This document shows, piece after piece, positions 24,425 through 34,767 of a stretch of DNA of 36,081 nucleotides. The notes beneath the pieces were generated by a model. It ran no database searches, was not told where the DNA came from, and saw nothing but the letters and a program-made list of their open reading frames with translations. Origin of the DNA: Candidatus Binataceae bacterium (lineage in GTDB: Bacteria; Desulfobacterota; Binatia; Binatales; Binataceae); NCBI GenBank assembly GCA_050736455.1, contig JBOHWF010000007.1, forward strand, positions 1 to 36,081. The letters run 5' to 3'. The position numbers and the translations under genes were made by a program. Position 1 is the stretch's first letter. Each line of letters starts with the position of its first letter.

Positions 24425-26311
24425 TCAGGGGGAAGCGGCGCCGACGCGCACAAGGACCATCGCGTTGAGCCGATGTCCCTTCGAGTCCCACGGAAAGACG
24501 GCCTCGCGCGCGACGACTGCGGCTGCGGAGTCCAAGCTATCGAGGTCGCGTTGCCGCACGACGACCCATCGCGTAGCGCCGGCACGGATCGAGCGGTAGA
24601 GCGCGCGCCGCGATTCATAGGTCGGCACCGGGATCGGCAGCGCGAGATAATAGACGGGACCGCCGACCCGGTAGAAAGCGAGCGCGCCGGTGTCCGAGCC
24701 GATCAAGTCGCGGGTCCTGTAGGCGAATTGCTTCTCGCCGCGCCAGGCGTCGCCCGCCGGCATTGCGAAGACAAAAAAGTAGAACATAAAGAGCCACGCG
24801 ACGGTCGCCGTGGCGCTAACAATACTGGTCGAAGTCATCCGCCGGAACGCCCACCAGAGCGCAAGCGCAGCGCCGATCCAGCAGATCGCCAGCATCCCGC
24901 GATCGGGTGCGTTCGGCAGCAATGCATATGGATTCGGCATGAAGAGCCGCGGCGGAAGTAAGGCGAGGCTCCAGACGGCAACTTCAAGGGCGATCACGGC
25001 GAATCCGAGTTTGAGCAGCCACCGCGCGGTCGAGCGCAACTGATCGATCGATTTCGCAAAAAGTCGCGCGACAAGAATCGCCGCAGCCGGCAGAATCGGT
25101 AGAAGATAGTAACTGCGTCGCGAACCCGAGACGGTAAAAAAAATGAAGGTTACCCAGAAGAAGCTCAGAACGAAGCGATCGCTATGCTGCTGCGGGTCTT
25201 CTGCCCCCCGACTCCCGCGATGCGCGTGCGCGAGGGCTGCAGGCAGAAACGCCGACCACGGCGCCATCAAGGCAAAGATTACGTAGGTATAAAGATAGAT
25301 TGGGCCGACATGATCGAACGGCGCGAAATAACGCATGACGTTCTCGCGATAGACCATCGCGAGCCCTTTGGCCGAGCCGGTTTCGGCGTGCGAGATGGCA
25401 AACGGCCAGTAGTAGACGCCGGCGGCGAGGCCGATCGCAATCGGCGTGCGCCAGTTGAAGAACCATCGCTGGCGTTCAACGACGTAACCCAACCGGTCCG
25501 CGAAGGAGCCCAGCAGAAGTCCGCCGATGAAAGCATCCCAGCCGTCAGCCAACGACGAATAAACGCCGATCACCAGGAGCGGTAACGCGAAGCCGAGCAA
25601 ACCCTTGGTCAGCGACGTCAGCGCCATGATTAGCCAGAGCGCGAGGATCCACCAGCCGAGCGGGCGAGCCTGATAGCGCAAAAAAAGCGCTAAGGCGGCC
25701 AGCTCGCCGGCGATCGTCTCGACGTCGGCGGAGGCGTGGCGCGAGAAAAATACGAAACTGAAGCTGGTAGCGAGGACGACGGCAGCGAACACGCCGCTGC
25801 GCAAGTCGTAGAGGCGGCGAGTCAGAAGTATCAGAAGCGCGATCGCGATCAGCCCTGCGGCTGCGCACGGAATGCGCGCCGCTGCTTCGTTCATCCCGCC
25901 GGTGAGCCAGGTCGCGGCGATCACCAGCCAATAGGAGCCGAGCGGCTTGTCGTAATACACGTGACCGTTGATCGTCGGCCAGAAGTAGTTGTGCGAAATG
26001 AGCATCTCGCGGGCGATCTCGGCCCAGCGAAACTCAGAGGCCCAGAGTGCGCGCGCGCCCAGCCGGGCAAAGAAAAGCACCGCGGCAAGAGCGATCACGA
26101 TCGGTACGGCGTCGCGCCACGCCGTGTCCTGCGCGCCCGTCGCCTGCGTATCGCGGCACGCGGTGCGCGACGCGCCGCCAAATCTGGCCTTTCCCATCGA
26201 GAGGCAAGAGTTGCAAGACGAGTTGGTTCGGGCAAGCGCCTCGCCGATCGACTCGCGGCTGTAGCTCAAACTGCCCTCGCCAGTTACTCTGACTGATCGG
26301 TGCCGGTCCAA
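24425..26311 (-). CDS. ArnT/PMT-like (PMT_2; GT39/GT83-type) polyprenyl-phosphate-sugar-dependent membrane glycosyltransferase
   Basis: The first loop carries [15 protein letters not shown] and [10 protein letters not shown], which are typical of this family. It has about 12 or more TM spans plus a soluble C-terminal domain. The track start at 26311 is TTG; ATG 26197 (MGKARF...) is an alternative. Confidence 0.85.
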   Translation of the reverse strand: MDRHRSVRVTGEGSLSYSRESIGEALARTNSSCNSCLSMGKARFGGASRTACRDTQATGAQDTAWRDAVPIVIALAAVLFFARLGARALWASEFRWAEIAREMLISHNYFWPTINGHVYYDKPLGSYWLVIAATWLTGGMNEAAARIPCAAAGLIAIALLILLTRRLYDLRSGVFAAVVLATSFSFVFFSRHASADVETIAGELAALALFLRYQARPLGWWILALWLIMALTSLTKGLLGFALPLLVIGVYSSLADGWDAFIGGLLLGSFADRLGYVVERQRWFFNWRTPIAIGLAAGVYYWPFAISHAETGSAKGLAMVYRENVMRYFAPFDHVGPIYLYTYVIFALMAPWSAFLPAALAHAHRGSRGAEDPQQHSDRFVLSFFWVTFIFFTVSGSRRSYYLLPILPAAAILVARLFAKSIDQLRSTARWLLKLGFAVIALEVAVWSLALLPPRLFMPNPYALLPNAPDRGMLAICWIGAALALWWAFRRMTSTSIVSATATVAWLFMFYFFVFAMPAGDAWRGEKQFAYRTRDLIGSDTGALAFYRVGGPVYYLALPIPVPTYESRRALYRSIRAGATRWVVVRQRDLDSLDSAAAVVAREAVFPWDSKGHRLNAMVLVRVGAASP

Positions 26312-26337
26312 GCCCGGCGCAATCGAGGACGATACCT

Positions 26338-28425
26338 ATGAGTTCCGAGCATGCTTCGGGCCGATCCGGCGGACGCAAGCCCAATCGGCTAATCCACGAG
26401 CAGAGTCCTTATCTGCGGCAACATGCTCACAACCCGGTGGACTGGTATCCGTGGGGCGAAGAGGCGCTCGCACGGGCGCGGGCCGAGGGCAAACCGATCC
26501 TCCTGTCGATCGGCTATTCGGCTTGCCACTGGTGTCATGTGATGGAGCGCGAGTCGTTTGAGAACGAAACGATCGCACGCAAAATGAACGACAACTTCGT
26601 CGCGATTAAAGTCGATCGCGAGGAACGTCCAGACCTCGATCAGATCTATATGGATGCGGTCCAGCTCCTTACCGGGCGCGGCGGATGGCCGCTGACGGTC
26701 TTCTTGACCCCGGAGACCCGGCCGTTTTACGGCGGGACCTACTTTCCCCCCGAGGATCGCCAGGGGATGCCGGGGTTTGCGCGAGTCCTGGCCGCGATCA
26801 CCGACGCTTATCAGAACAAACCCGACGACATCCGCAGCAACGTCGATCGGCTCGCGCGGGCGCTCGCCGCGATGGCGGTACCCGAGGGCGGCGGCCGCGT
26901 CAGGCCGGGTTTGGCGACGGAGGCGGCGCGCGCGCTGGCACAGCATTACGACAGCGTCCACGGCGGAATCGGCAGCGCGCCAAAATTTCCCAACACCTTT
27001 GTCTTTGCACTCTTCCTGCGCGCGTTTGTCCGCGGCGGCGACGCGAACTACGCCGAGATGATCCGCCAGACCCTGACCAAGATGGCCAAGGGCGGCATCT
27101 ACGATCAGATCGGCGGCGGCTTCCATCGCTACAGCGTCGATGATCACTGGCTGGTGCCGCATTTCGAAAAGATGCTCTACGACAACGCGCTCCTGGCGCA
27201 GCTCTATCTCGACGCCGGGCGCGCCCTCGACGAGCCGGAGTTCGCCGAGATCGCGCGTCAGACGCTGGACTACGTGCTCCGCGAGATGACCAGTCCGGAG
27301 GGCGGCTTCTATTCGAGTCAGGACGCCGACAGCGAGGGCGAGGAAGGCAAATTCTTCGTCTGGACGCCAGCAGAGCTGCGCGAAACGCTGGGCGAGGATC
27401 TGGCGACAATCGCCGGACGTTATTTCGATGTGACCGAGGAAGGCAACTTCGAGGCGAGCAACATTCCACATCGCACGATCAGCGTGGCGGACGCTGCCCT
27501 CATGTTTCGTACAGATGAGGCGTCGATGACCGCGATGCTCGCCGACGCGCGGAAAAAGCTGTTTGCCGCGCGCGAGCTTCGCGTTCATCCGGGGCGCGAC
27601 GACAAAATCCTCGCCGCGTGGAACGGTATGATGATCAGCGCGGTGGCGCAGGGCTATCGCGCGCTGGGCGACCAGCGCTACCTCGCCGCGGCGCGGCGCG
27701 CAGCGGACTTCGCGATGAGCCAATTGTGGGACGGCCGCGCGTTGCGGCGTTCCTGCAAAGACGGCGTCGCCCGCTTCAACGCCTACCTCGAAGATTATGC
27801 TCTGCTCACCAGCGCGATGATCGATACCTACGAGGCGTCGCTTGACCCACGCTATCTGGCGGACGCGCAAACGCTGGCCGCGGTGATGCTCGAGCGCTTC
27901 GAGGATCGCGAGGCCGGGGGTTTTTTCTTCACCTCCGATGACCACGAGACGCTGATCGCGCGCTCGAAACCGGCATTTGATGGATCCACGCCATCGGGGA
28001 ACAGCGCCGCGGTGATGGCGTTGCTGCGGCTGCATGCCTACACCGGCGACGAGCGCTACCTGAAAGCGGCCGACCTGACGCTCTGCCTGTTTGCGCCGAT
28101 GATGGAAAAGCAACCCTTCGCCTTCGCCCACATGCTCGAGGCGGTGGGCCTGTATGAACGCGGCCCCACTGAAATTGCGTTGGTTGGCGATCGCGCCGCG
28201 CCCGAATTCACCCAGTGGCTCGAGGCGCTCGGGCGGATGCACGTCGCGAATCTCGCGCTTTACGCGATCGCGCCCGGCGCCGTTGACAGCGCAATGATGC
28301 CCGAAGCGCTGCGCGGCAAGCGCCAGGTAGATGGGCGGCTCACCGCTTATCTATGCCGCGACCATGCCTGTTCAGCGCCGATGACCACCCTCGAGGAGCT
28401 GCTGCAAGCGCTCCGCGGCCGTTAG
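26338..28425 (+). CDS. Thioredoxin-domain protein of the DUF255 / YyaL / SPATA20-like family (thioredoxin fold plus an (alpha/alpha)6 barrel)
   Basis: The N-terminus [60 protein letters not shown] is the hallmark of this family. GAGGA lies 8 nt upstream of the ATG. Confidence 0.9.
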   Translation: MSSEHASGRSGGRKPNRLIHEQSPYLRQHAHNPVDWYPWGEEALARARAEGKPILLSIGYSACHWCHVMERESFENETIARKMNDNFVAIKVDREERPDLDQIYMDAVQLLTGRGGWPLTVFLTPETRPFYGGTYFPPEDRQGMPGFARVLAAITDAYQNKPDDIRSNVDRLARALAAMAVPEGGGRVRPGLATEAARALAQHYDSVHGGIGSAPKFPNTFVFALFLRAFVRGGDANYAEMIRQTLTKMAKGGIYDQIGGGFHRYSVDDHWLVPHFEKMLYDNALLAQLYLDAGRALDEPEFAEIARQTLDYVLREMTSPEGGFYSSQDADSEGEEGKFFVWTPAELRETLGEDLATIAGRYFDVTEEGNFEASNIPHRTISVADAALMFRTDEASMTAMLADARKKLFAARELRVHPGRDDKILAAWNGMMISAVAQGYRALGDQRYLAAARRAADFAMSQLWDGRALRRSCKDGVARFNAYLEDYALLTSAMIDTYEASLDPRYLADAQTLAAVMLERFEDREAGGFFFTSDDHETLIARSKPAFDGSTPSGNSAAVMALLRLHAYTGDERYLKAADLTLCLFAPMMEKQPFAFAHMLEAVGLYERGPTEIALVGDRAAPEFTQWLEALGRMHVANLALYAIAPGAVDSAMMPEALRGKRQVDGRLTAYLCRDHACSAPMTTLEELLQALRGR

Positions 28426-28495
28426 CAAGCTGGGTGAACCTGCGAAGCTGAGCACACCAACGGAGCGCAGCGCAGCGAGCTAAGGAGTCCGCGAC

Positions 28496-29479
28496 GTGCG
28501 TTCCGAAACAGTCTGCGAGCCGCATTCAAAGAATCGAATGGATAACCGAATCGAGGGGGTCCCCCAGGGGCGGGAATCGGGGCATCGCTTCGCGCCAATC
28601 CTCGTCAATCGCCCGCCGCGGCAGGTCGGAAGATCGATCAAGGTCGTTGCGTTTAACGCGCACGGTGGGAGCCGGTTCGACGGCATAATCCACTGTCTGC
28701 GACGCGAACCGCTGACCGGCGCGGATGTGATTTTTCTGTGCGAGGCGGGCTGGCGTCATCCCCGATCGGCGTGGCGGGAATTCGCCGCCGATCTCGCCGC
28801 GGCGCTCGGAATGAGTTTCGCGTTCCTCGCCCAGTTCGGCATTCCGCGGATGCACGGCGAGCCGACCGCGCTCAAGGGCAACGCCATTCTTTGCAGCCAG
28901 CCGCTCGACAACGCGCGCCCCGCGCCCATCCCCAACCGCCTCCTCCATCCGCGCCTCGCGCGCATGTTAGGCGGCCCCGCCGGCCTCACCGCGCAGGCGC
29001 ACTTCAACGGCCGCGCCATCGCGTTCGGCGTGGTGCATCTCAATAGCCGCTGGGATCCGCCGGGCCGCGAGTGGCAGATGCGCGAGTTTCTGGCGAAAAT
29101 TCCGGATCACGGTCCGGCCATCGTCGCCGGCGACCTGAATACGACGACGATCGCGATGCACAGTCCGCGCGCCATTTGCCGGGGGGCGTACCAGTTCCTG
29201 CGCGAGCCCCGCCGTTTATCCGACCCGCGCCGCTGGGAAACACTTTTCGCCCGGCTGACGCAGGCGGGATTTCAGACCGACGGGGCGAACGCCCCGGGCA
29301 AGCGCACCTTCACCTTTTCTCGCGCGATCCCGCGATGGCTCCGGCCGAACCTCGACTGGATCGCGGTGCGCGGGCTCGAGCCGTTACACAGCTCGGCGCG
29401 AACCGTTGCCGCGCGTCCCTCGTTCTTCCGCCGCCGCCTCTCCGATCACGATTTCATTATGTGCGAGGTCCGCCTTTAG
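28496..29479 (+). CDS. Endonuclease/exonuclease/phosphatase (EEP) family protein
   Basis: The start is GTG 28496, preceded by AAGGAG (28482-28487) with an 8-nt spacer. The EEP catalytic blocks are VVAFNAHGG, IFLCEAG, VAGDLNTT and LSDHDFIM. Confidence 0.8.
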   Translation: MRSETVCEPHSKNRMDNRIEGVPQGRESGHRFAPILVNRPPRQVGRSIKVVAFNAHGGSRFDGIIHCLRREPLTGADVIFLCEAGWRHPRSAWREFAADLAAALGMSFAFLAQFGIPRMHGEPTALKGNAILCSQPLDNARPAPIPNRLLHPRLARMLGGPAGLTAQAHFNGRAIAFGVVHLNSRWDPPGREWQMREFLAKIPDHGPAIVAGDLNTTTIAMHSPRAICRGAYQFLREPRRLSDPRRWETLFARLTQAGFQTDGANAPGKRTFTFSRAIPRWLRPNLDWIAVRGLEPLHSSARTVAARPSFFRRRLSDHDFIMCEVRL

Positions 29480-29966
29480 GCTTCACCGCGCGCGTCATCA
29501 CGACGCGGCTGAGCTGCTTGAAACCGATTTTTCGATAGAACGCCTGAGCAGTTTTGTTGTCCGTCTCGACCTGGAGTTCGACCGCGCGAATCCCGCGGAT
29601 CCGGCAATAGCTATCGACTACTTCAAGCGCCCGCCGGCCGAGTCCGCCCCCGCGCAATTCCGCGCGGATGAAGAGATCAGTCACGAGGCCCTCGAGCCCG
29701 TCAAACTCGAGATCGTAGTTGAAGGTCAGCACCACATAGCCGACCGCACTATGACCATCGCGCATGATCCAGACTCGTCCGAGTGCGCGACTGCGCAGCA
29801 GACGCGCGAGCGCAGGCTCCATCATCCGCGGGTTGAAGCGAATATGATCGAAGCGGTAATAGGCGCGGATCAGTGGCAGCAGATCCGCCAGATCCGCGGG
29901 CCGCGCTACCTCGATCCTCACACGACTGCCGCCGCGATAATGATCGTCGGGCTTCATCGTGTGCAT
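29457..29966 (-). CDS. GNAT family N-acetyltransferase
   Basis: The acetyl-CoA pocket is RGGGLGRRALE and the C-terminal block is AQAFYRKIGF. I chose ATG 29966 (MHTMKPDD...); the track start at 30047 would overlap the hrcA stop. The 3' end overlaps the convergent EEP gene by 23 nt. Confidence 0.8.
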   Translation of the reverse strand: MHTMKPDDHYRGGSRVRIEVARPADLADLLPLIRAYYRFDHIRFNPRMMEPALARLLRSRALGRVWIMRDGHSAVGYVVLTFNYDLEFDGLEGLVTDLFIRAELRGGGLGRRALEVVDSYCRIRGIRAVELQVETDNKTAQAFYRKIGFKQLSRVVMTRAVKPKGGPRT

Positions 29967-30036
29967 GACCACGGCGCGCGGAGAAAAATTCCCGCGCGCC
30001 GGCGGTCGGCAGTGCTGAATTGGGGTCGCGCCGGGA

Positions 30037-31077
30037 TCAGTGATCAAGCACGCGCGAGAGCGCCTTCGCGGTGTAGGTGACCAGCGGAATCACGCGCTCG
30101 TAATCCATCCGTACCGGGCCGAGGACCGCCAGGCTGCCCAACGGCTTCGAGCCACTGGCATACGAGGCCGCGACCACGCTTAAGCCGGCCAGACGCGCGT
30201 CAACATTTTCGGCGCCGATAGAGACAATCGCTCCAGCCTGCTGCAGCGTCCGATCGAGCAGATCGAGCAACGCGGTTTTATCCTCGAGCGCACGCAGCAG
30301 CTCGCGCAGCTTGTCGCGGTCGGCGAACTCGGGCTGCTCGAGCGCCTTGGCGCTGCCGTCGACGTACACCTCCGCGGCCGCGCCCGTGCGTGTGAGCACC
30401 CCGCCGAGCGTCAGCGCCGCCCGCCTGAAGCGGTCGTAGCTCGCGCGGTCCTCGCGCAAGCTCCGCTCGATCCACGCGCGCGCCTCTTCGAGCGTCCGTC
30501 CGGCGAGCGATTCGTTGAGATACGCCGCCATCCGGTCGAGTTCAGCCTGCTGGTAATCCTGATCGGCTGCCACCAGCCGATTCTCGAGCGCGCCCGCCGC
30601 GGCTACGAAGACCGCGAGCACCTGGCGCTCGCGCAGCCGCAGGAACTGCACCCGCTCGATCGTGACCGAGAGCGGGCGCGGCGCGGTCACCAGCGCCGCC
30701 TGCCCGGTCATCAGCGCCAGCAAGCGCGAGGTGTCGCGAATCATGCCGTTGAGATCGACCGGCGGCTTTGAATAATGCAACTCGATCTGCGCGCGATCGC
30801 TGAATGGAATCGGCGCGGCGAGATGATCGACAAAGTAGCGGAAGGCGCGCTCGGTCGGAATCCGCCCGGCCGAGGTATGCGGCTGCGTCAGGAAGCCGGC
30901 TTCCTCCAGCTCTCCCATCAGGTTCCGCACCATCGCGGCGCGCACCCCGAGCGTGCGATGCTGGACCAAATGCTGCGAGCCGACCGGCTCCGCGCTCGCG
31001 ATAAACTCCTGCACCGCCGCCAGCAGGAGTGCGTGTTGTCGTTGCGTGAGCTCTCGCGTGCTGTTTTCCATCGGCAT
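30037..31077 (-). CDS. hrcA: Heat-inducible transcription repressor HrcA
   Basis: The N-terminal winged-helix block is LTQRQHALLLAAVQEFIASAEPVGSQHLV...GVRAAMVRNLMGELEEAGFLTQPHTSAGRIPTERAFRYFVDHL. The length of 346 aa is typical. Confidence 0.92.
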   Translation of the reverse strand: MPMENSTRELTQRQHALLLAAVQEFIASAEPVGSQHLVQHRTLGVRAAMVRNLMGELEEAGFLTQPHTSAGRIPTERAFRYFVDHLAAPIPFSDRAQIELHYSKPPVDLNGMIRDTSRLLALMTGQAALVTAPRPLSVTIERVQFLRLRERQVLAVFVAAAGALENRLVAADQDYQQAELDRMAAYLNESLAGRTLEEARAWIERSLREDRASYDRFRRAALTLGGVLTRTGAAAEVYVDGSAKALEQPEFADRDKLRELLRALEDKTALLDLLDRTLQQAGAIVSIGAENVDARLAGLSVVAASYASGSKPLGSLAVLGPVRMDYERVIPLVTYTAKALSRVLDH

Positions 31078-31223
31078 CTGCCGCGACCGGAAGCGCGTAT
31101 GGCACCGCGCCGATCCCGCGCTTCAACCCACTATGATTGTCATATACGGCACGGCGGTCATACAAGCGTTAAAATTTTCGCTGCGAGACTGCTAGCCTCA
31201 GAGTTCGTGGAGCTTCTCCAGCA

Positions 31224-32822
31224 ATGCCTCGCGGCAGGCGAACAATAAACCCGCGCCAAGCTTACGTCCCGGCGATCGCCACGGGCGCGGCGTGGCTCGA
31301 GAGCGACGGCTACGATCGTCGCGCTTGGAGCGACCTCGGGCTGGCCTCGGCGCCGATCCGCGAACTGATCGCGGCGGGCGAAAAGCTCGTCCCGCATTTC
31401 GGCGCGCTGCTCCAGGACCTGTTTTTCGGCCTCTTCAAGTACAATCTGGTTTGGCTCGCGCCGGACGTGGTCCGGAGCAGTGCGATCCTCAATCGCACGA
31501 TCCTCGAACAACTCCTCCCGTCGCCCGCCTTCGCGATGCTCAAGAACCGCACCCTGCTCGAAGAAGACAAGGCCGTGATTGCGGCGCTGGTCCTCGGTGA
31601 GCAGGCGCTGGAGCTGGTCCGCTCGGAGAAGTTGATCAATCGCCGTGAGATGCTCGATTTGTGGGACCTGGATCATCAGGAGGCAGACCTCGAAGAGCGG
31701 GTGGCAGCACTCAAAAACGCGCAGGAGCTTGCCGAGCAACCGGCGCGCGAGGGCGAGACCGATCGGTCGTCGCAGGCAGTGCAAAAAAAGATCGCCGAGC
31801 TGAAAGCTGCGGCCGAGCGCGCCGCCAAAGTCTCGGAGGCGCGGCTCAAGCAAAAAGCGCGGATGTTCGCCGATCAGTTGCGTCATAGCGATCAGTCCGA
31901 ATTGAAACGGATGCAGTTGCGGATCGCGCAACTCGCCGAGGAGATCGATCGTGTCGCCGAGGACAGCCACGACTTCAGCCTCGAGTTCGGCCAGGGCGGG
32001 CGGGTCTCCGCCAACGAACGCCTCGAACTCGGACGCCATCTGGCGCGCAACAAACGGCTGGGCGAGCTCGCCCGCCTGGTCGGCCGCCTCAAGCAGGACG
32101 CCCGCGCGCTCCGCCGCCGCACGCTCGACCGCGGCGTCGCCGAAGCCTACGACATCGAACGCGGCGACCAGCTCGGCCGCCTGATTCCGGCGGAGCTCGT
32201 CGCGCTGCATCATCCCGGCTTGCGCGCAGATTTCCTCCGCCGCCTGCTCGAAGGGGAAATCCTCCAATACCGCCTGCGCGAAGATGAGCAGAAGGGCAAA
32301 GGCCCGATGGTGGTGTGTATCGACGTCAGCTCCTCGATGCAGGGCGACAAGGAGTTGTGGGCCAAGGCCGTCAGTCTCACCCTGATGGACATCGCGCGGC
32401 GCAACCGCCGGCTCTTCCGCGCCGTCCTGTTTTCATCGGGACCGGAGAGCCTGCGCGTGCTCGACCTCAACAGCCGGCGCCGCTATCAGCCCGAGCTGCC
32501 GAAGGTGCTCGAGATGGCGGAATACTTCCCCGGCGGCGGCACGGATTTTCAAGCGCCGATCGACGCCGCGGTCGTGCTGCTCGAAGATAAAAAACTCAAG
32601 CGCGGCGATATCGTCGTGATCACCGACGGCGAATGCGCCGTCGCGCCCGACTGGCTCGCTGACCTGCGCGAGCGCAAAGAACGGCTGCAGTTCTCGATCT
32701 TCGCGGTGCTGGTCGACGTCGGTTCGAGCGAACTCTCGACGCTGGCCCAGTTCAGCGATCGCGTGACTTCAGTGAAAAAGCTGACGGTCGAAGGCTCACG
32801 CGAGATTTTTCTCCGCATCTGA
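31224..32822 (+). CDS. VWA-domain protein, ViaA/CoxE-like (helical and coiled-coil N-terminal part, C-terminal von Willebrand A domain)
   Basis: The MIDAS motif is intact: DxSxS in VVCIDVSSSMQG, Thr in GGGTDFQAPI, and Asp in VVITDGE. The central segment is charged and heptad-like (EADLEERVAALKNAQELAEQ...KKIAELKAAAERAAKVSEARLKQKA). Confidence 0.85.
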   Translation: MPRGRRTINPRQAYVPAIATGAAWLESDGYDRRAWSDLGLASAPIRELIAAGEKLVPHFGALLQDLFFGLFKYNLVWLAPDVVRSSAILNRTILEQLLPSPAFAMLKNRTLLEEDKAVIAALVLGEQALELVRSEKLINRREMLDLWDLDHQEADLEERVAALKNAQELAEQPAREGETDRSSQAVQKKIAELKAAAERAAKVSEARLKQKARMFADQLRHSDQSELKRMQLRIAQLAEEIDRVAEDSHDFSLEFGQGGRVSANERLELGRHLARNKRLGELARLVGRLKQDARALRRRTLDRGVAEAYDIERGDQLGRLIPAELVALHHPGLRADFLRRLLEGEILQYRLREDEQKGKGPMVVCIDVSSSMQGDKELWAKAVSLTLMDIARRNRRLFRAVLFSSGPESLRVLDLNSRRRYQPELPKVLEMAEYFPGGGTDFQAPIDAAVVLLEDKKLKRGDIVVITDGECAVAPDWLADLRERKERLQFSIFAVLVDVGSSELSTLAQFSDRVTSVKKLTVEGSREIFLRI

Positions 32823-32833
32823 TTTCAAAAAAT

Positions 32834-33355
32834 TTATCGGCGGCGCGAAAAAAACTCGCGGAGCAATTGCGCGGATTCTGCTGCCATGATGCCGCCGTAC
32901 ACTTCGACGCGATGGTTGAGGCGGCCGTCGCGACCAAGGTCATAGACCGAGCCGAGCGCGCCTGCTTTGTCGTCACGCGCGCCATAATAGACTTGGGCGA
33001 TGCGCGCACTGATCAATGCGCCGACGCACATCACGCACGGCTCGAGCGTGACGTAGAGCGAGGCGCCGTCGAGCCGCGATTCACCGAGATAGGCGCAGGC
33101 GTCGCGAATCGCGATTATCTCGGCATGCGCGGTGGGATCGCGCATCGCGATCGGCAGATTGTGCCCGGCGCCGACTACGCGATCGTTGCACAGCACCAGC
33201 GCGCCCACCGGCACTTCATCCTCGCGCGCGCCGCGCGCGGCCTCTTCGAGCGCCGTGAGCATCACCGCCGCGCCGAATGTCCCGCGCTGCTTAAACTCAG
33301 CGACCCGCCGGTCGTATTCAGCGAGCCGTCGTGTGTGGTAGTCGTCGCGCGGCAT
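32834..33355 (-). CDS. tadA: tRNA adenosine(34) deaminase
   Basis: The CDA zinc motifs are HAEIIAIRDA and PCVMCVGAL. The size is 173 aa. Confidence 0.9.
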   Translation of the reverse strand: MPRDDYHTRRLAEYDRRVAEFKQRGTFGAAVMLTALEEAARGAREDEVPVGALVLCNDRVVGAGHNLPIAMRDPTAHAEIIAIRDACAYLGESRLDGASLYVTLEPCVMCVGALISARIAQVYYGARDDKAGALGSVYDLGRDGRLNHRVEVYGGIMAAESAQLLREFFSRRR

Positions 33356-33423
33356 CGGATCAACCCTTCAAATCATTTTGAGCGCCGCGAAGAATCTCGA
33401 TCCGACCTGCGTGATCCATGTCG

Positions 33424-33452
33424 TTGACAGCCGCGAGCTGCGCAACCAAGAT
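33424..33452 (+). promoter_or_regulatory. Candidate sigma70-type promoter for the rhodanese gene: TTGACA, a 17-nt spacer, then CAAGAT
   Basis: A perfect -35 hexamer TTGACA sits at 33424-33429. After a 17-nt spacer there is a weak -10, CAAGAT, at 33447-33452 (3 of 6 matches). It lies in the tadA/rhodanese divergent intergenic region, about 38 nt upstream of ATG 33490. This rests on sequence pattern only. Confidence 0.25.
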
Positions 33453-33489
33453 CGATTATCAACTGTGCACGCAGAGGCGCGCAATCACG

Positions 33490-33816
33490 ATGGCTGAATT
33501 AAGCGAACTCGAACCCGCGGAACTCAAACGCCGCCTCGAACGCGGCGACCCGATCACCGTCCTCGACGTGCGTGAGCCCGAGGAGCTCCGCATCGCGGCC
33601 TTCCCCGGCGCGGTACACATTCCGATGAACGAGATCCCTGCGCGGCTGACGGAGCTCGATCCCGACGCCGAATTGGTCGTCGTCTGCCATCACGGAATGC
33701 GCAGCGCGCAGGTCGCGCAATACCTGGCGCAGACCGGTTTCGCGCGCGTGTCGAACTTGAGCGGCGGCATCGAGCACTGGGCGCTGACGGTCGACCCCGC
33801 CACGCCGCGCTATTGA
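33490..33816 (+). CDS. Single-domain rhodanese-like sulfurtransferase
   Basis: The active-site loop is CHHGMRS, and the surrounding sequence VLDVREPEE...IPGAVHIPMNEI is typical of rhodanese. I prefer ATG 33490 (MAELSELEPAEL...) over the longer track start at 33418. Confidence 0.85.
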   Translation: MAELSELEPAELKRRLERGDPITVLDVREPEELRIAAFPGAVHIPMNEIPARLTELDPDAELVVVCHHGMRSAQVAQYLAQTGFARVSNLSGGIEHWALTVDPATPRY

Positions 33817-33844
33817 CTCCTCCGGACCAGCTTCGAGGCGCGCC

Positions 33845-34651
33845 ATGACCCATCTCGCTGCCGCGATCCAGATGACCACCGCGAGCGACAAGGCGGCCAA
33901 TCTCGCCAAGGCCGAGCATCTGATTCGGCTCGCGGCGGCGCGCGGCGCGCGACTCGTCGCGCTGCCCGAGGTGTTCAACTGGCGCGGCAAACGCGCCGAC
34001 GAACCGGCCGCCGCCGAAACCCTCGATGGCCCGACCCTCACCCTGATGGCCGGACTCGCGCGCGCACTTGAGATTCATCTGCTCGCCGGCTCGATCACCG
34101 AGCTCGCGCCCGGCGAAAGCCGGCGCTACAACACCTCAGTGCTCTTCGGCCCCGACGGCGGGCGGCTCGCGGTCTATCGCAAGATCCATCTCTTCGACGT
34201 CGACTTGCCGGGCCGCGTGACGATCAAAGAGTCCGACGCAAAAATTCCCGGCGCCGAAGTGGTGACGGCCGCGACCACGCTCGGCGCGATTGGCCTGAGC
34301 ATCTGCTACGACCTGCGCTTCCCCGAGCTGTACCGCCGCCTCGCTTTTGCTGGCGCAAAACTTCTGATGATTCCGAGCGCTTTCACTTTCCCCACCGGTG
34401 AAGCCCATTGGGATACCTTGATTCGCGCGCGCGCGATCGAAAACCAATGCTATGTGATTGCGCCGGCGCAATTCGGTCCTAACGTCCACGGCTTCAGCGA
34501 TTACGGCAACTCGATGATTGTCGATCCCTGGGGCCGCGTGCTGGCGCGCGCCGGCGATCAGGAGGGCGTGGTTGTCGCGCCGCTCGATCTCGAGTATCTC
34601 GAGCGCGTCCGGCGCGAACTGCCCTCGCTCGCCCACGCCCGCTTGAAGTAA
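33845..34651 (+). CDS. Carbon-nitrogen hydrolase (nitrilase superfamily, Nit/omega-amidase-like)
   Basis: The Glu-Lys-Cys triad context is present: Glu in LVALPEVFNW, Lys in YRKIHLFD, and Cys in LSICYDLRFPE. Confidence 0.88.
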   Translation: MTHLAAAIQMTTASDKAANLAKAEHLIRLAAARGARLVALPEVFNWRGKRADEPAAAETLDGPTLTLMAGLARALEIHLLAGSITELAPGESRRYNTSVLFGPDGGRLAVYRKIHLFDVDLPGRVTIKESDAKIPGAEVVTAATTLGAIGLSICYDLRFPELYRRLAFAGAKLLMIPSAFTFPTGEAHWDTLIRARAIENQCYVIAPAQFGPNVHGFSDYGNSMIVDPWGRVLARAGDQEGVVVAPLDLEYLERVRRELPSLAHARLK

Positions 34652-34767
34652 TTGCGCCCGCGCCACCCCATCGCAGCTTGACGGCGTGCGCGTCCACGCG
34701 TTAATCAGTTTTTCACCGCTGCACTTTTTTCACTGGCGATAACGCGCGACGCAAGAGGACAGGATCA

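Noticed and set aside
26389-28242. A 617-aa ORF on the minus strand, antisense to the DUF255 thioredoxin-domain gene.
   Set aside because: The translation is Arg/His/Gly/Ala-rich and low-complexity, with no family resemblance. The sense-strand gene has an unmistakable family signature and an SD. Long stop-free antisense frames are expected in high-G+C DNA.
28460-28515. A possible third, inverted or degenerate copy of the intergenic repeat (AGCGAGC ... GGAGTCC ... CAGTCTGCGAGCCGC).
   Set aside because: Only a 7-mer and an inverted 10-mer (AGTCTGCGAG) are shared, and the flanks do not align in either orientation. The TAAGGAG here is better explained as the SD for the EEP gene start at GTG 28496.
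31158-32267. A 369-aa minus-strand ORF spanning the hrcA-VWA intergenic region and the 5' third of the VWA gene.
   Set aside because: It is antisense to a gene with clear coiled-coil and VWA features, it has a low-complexity Glu/Arg/Ala/Leu mirror composition, and it would overrun the hrcA upstream region.
34678-34706. A promoter-like TTGACG-17 nt-TTAATC upstream of the CoA-transferase gene at 34768, with a small GCGTG...CACGC hairpin in the spacer.
   Set aside because: The -10 hexamer is a poor match (2 of 6) and the hairpin is followed only distantly by a T-run. That is not enough to call either a promoter or a terminator.
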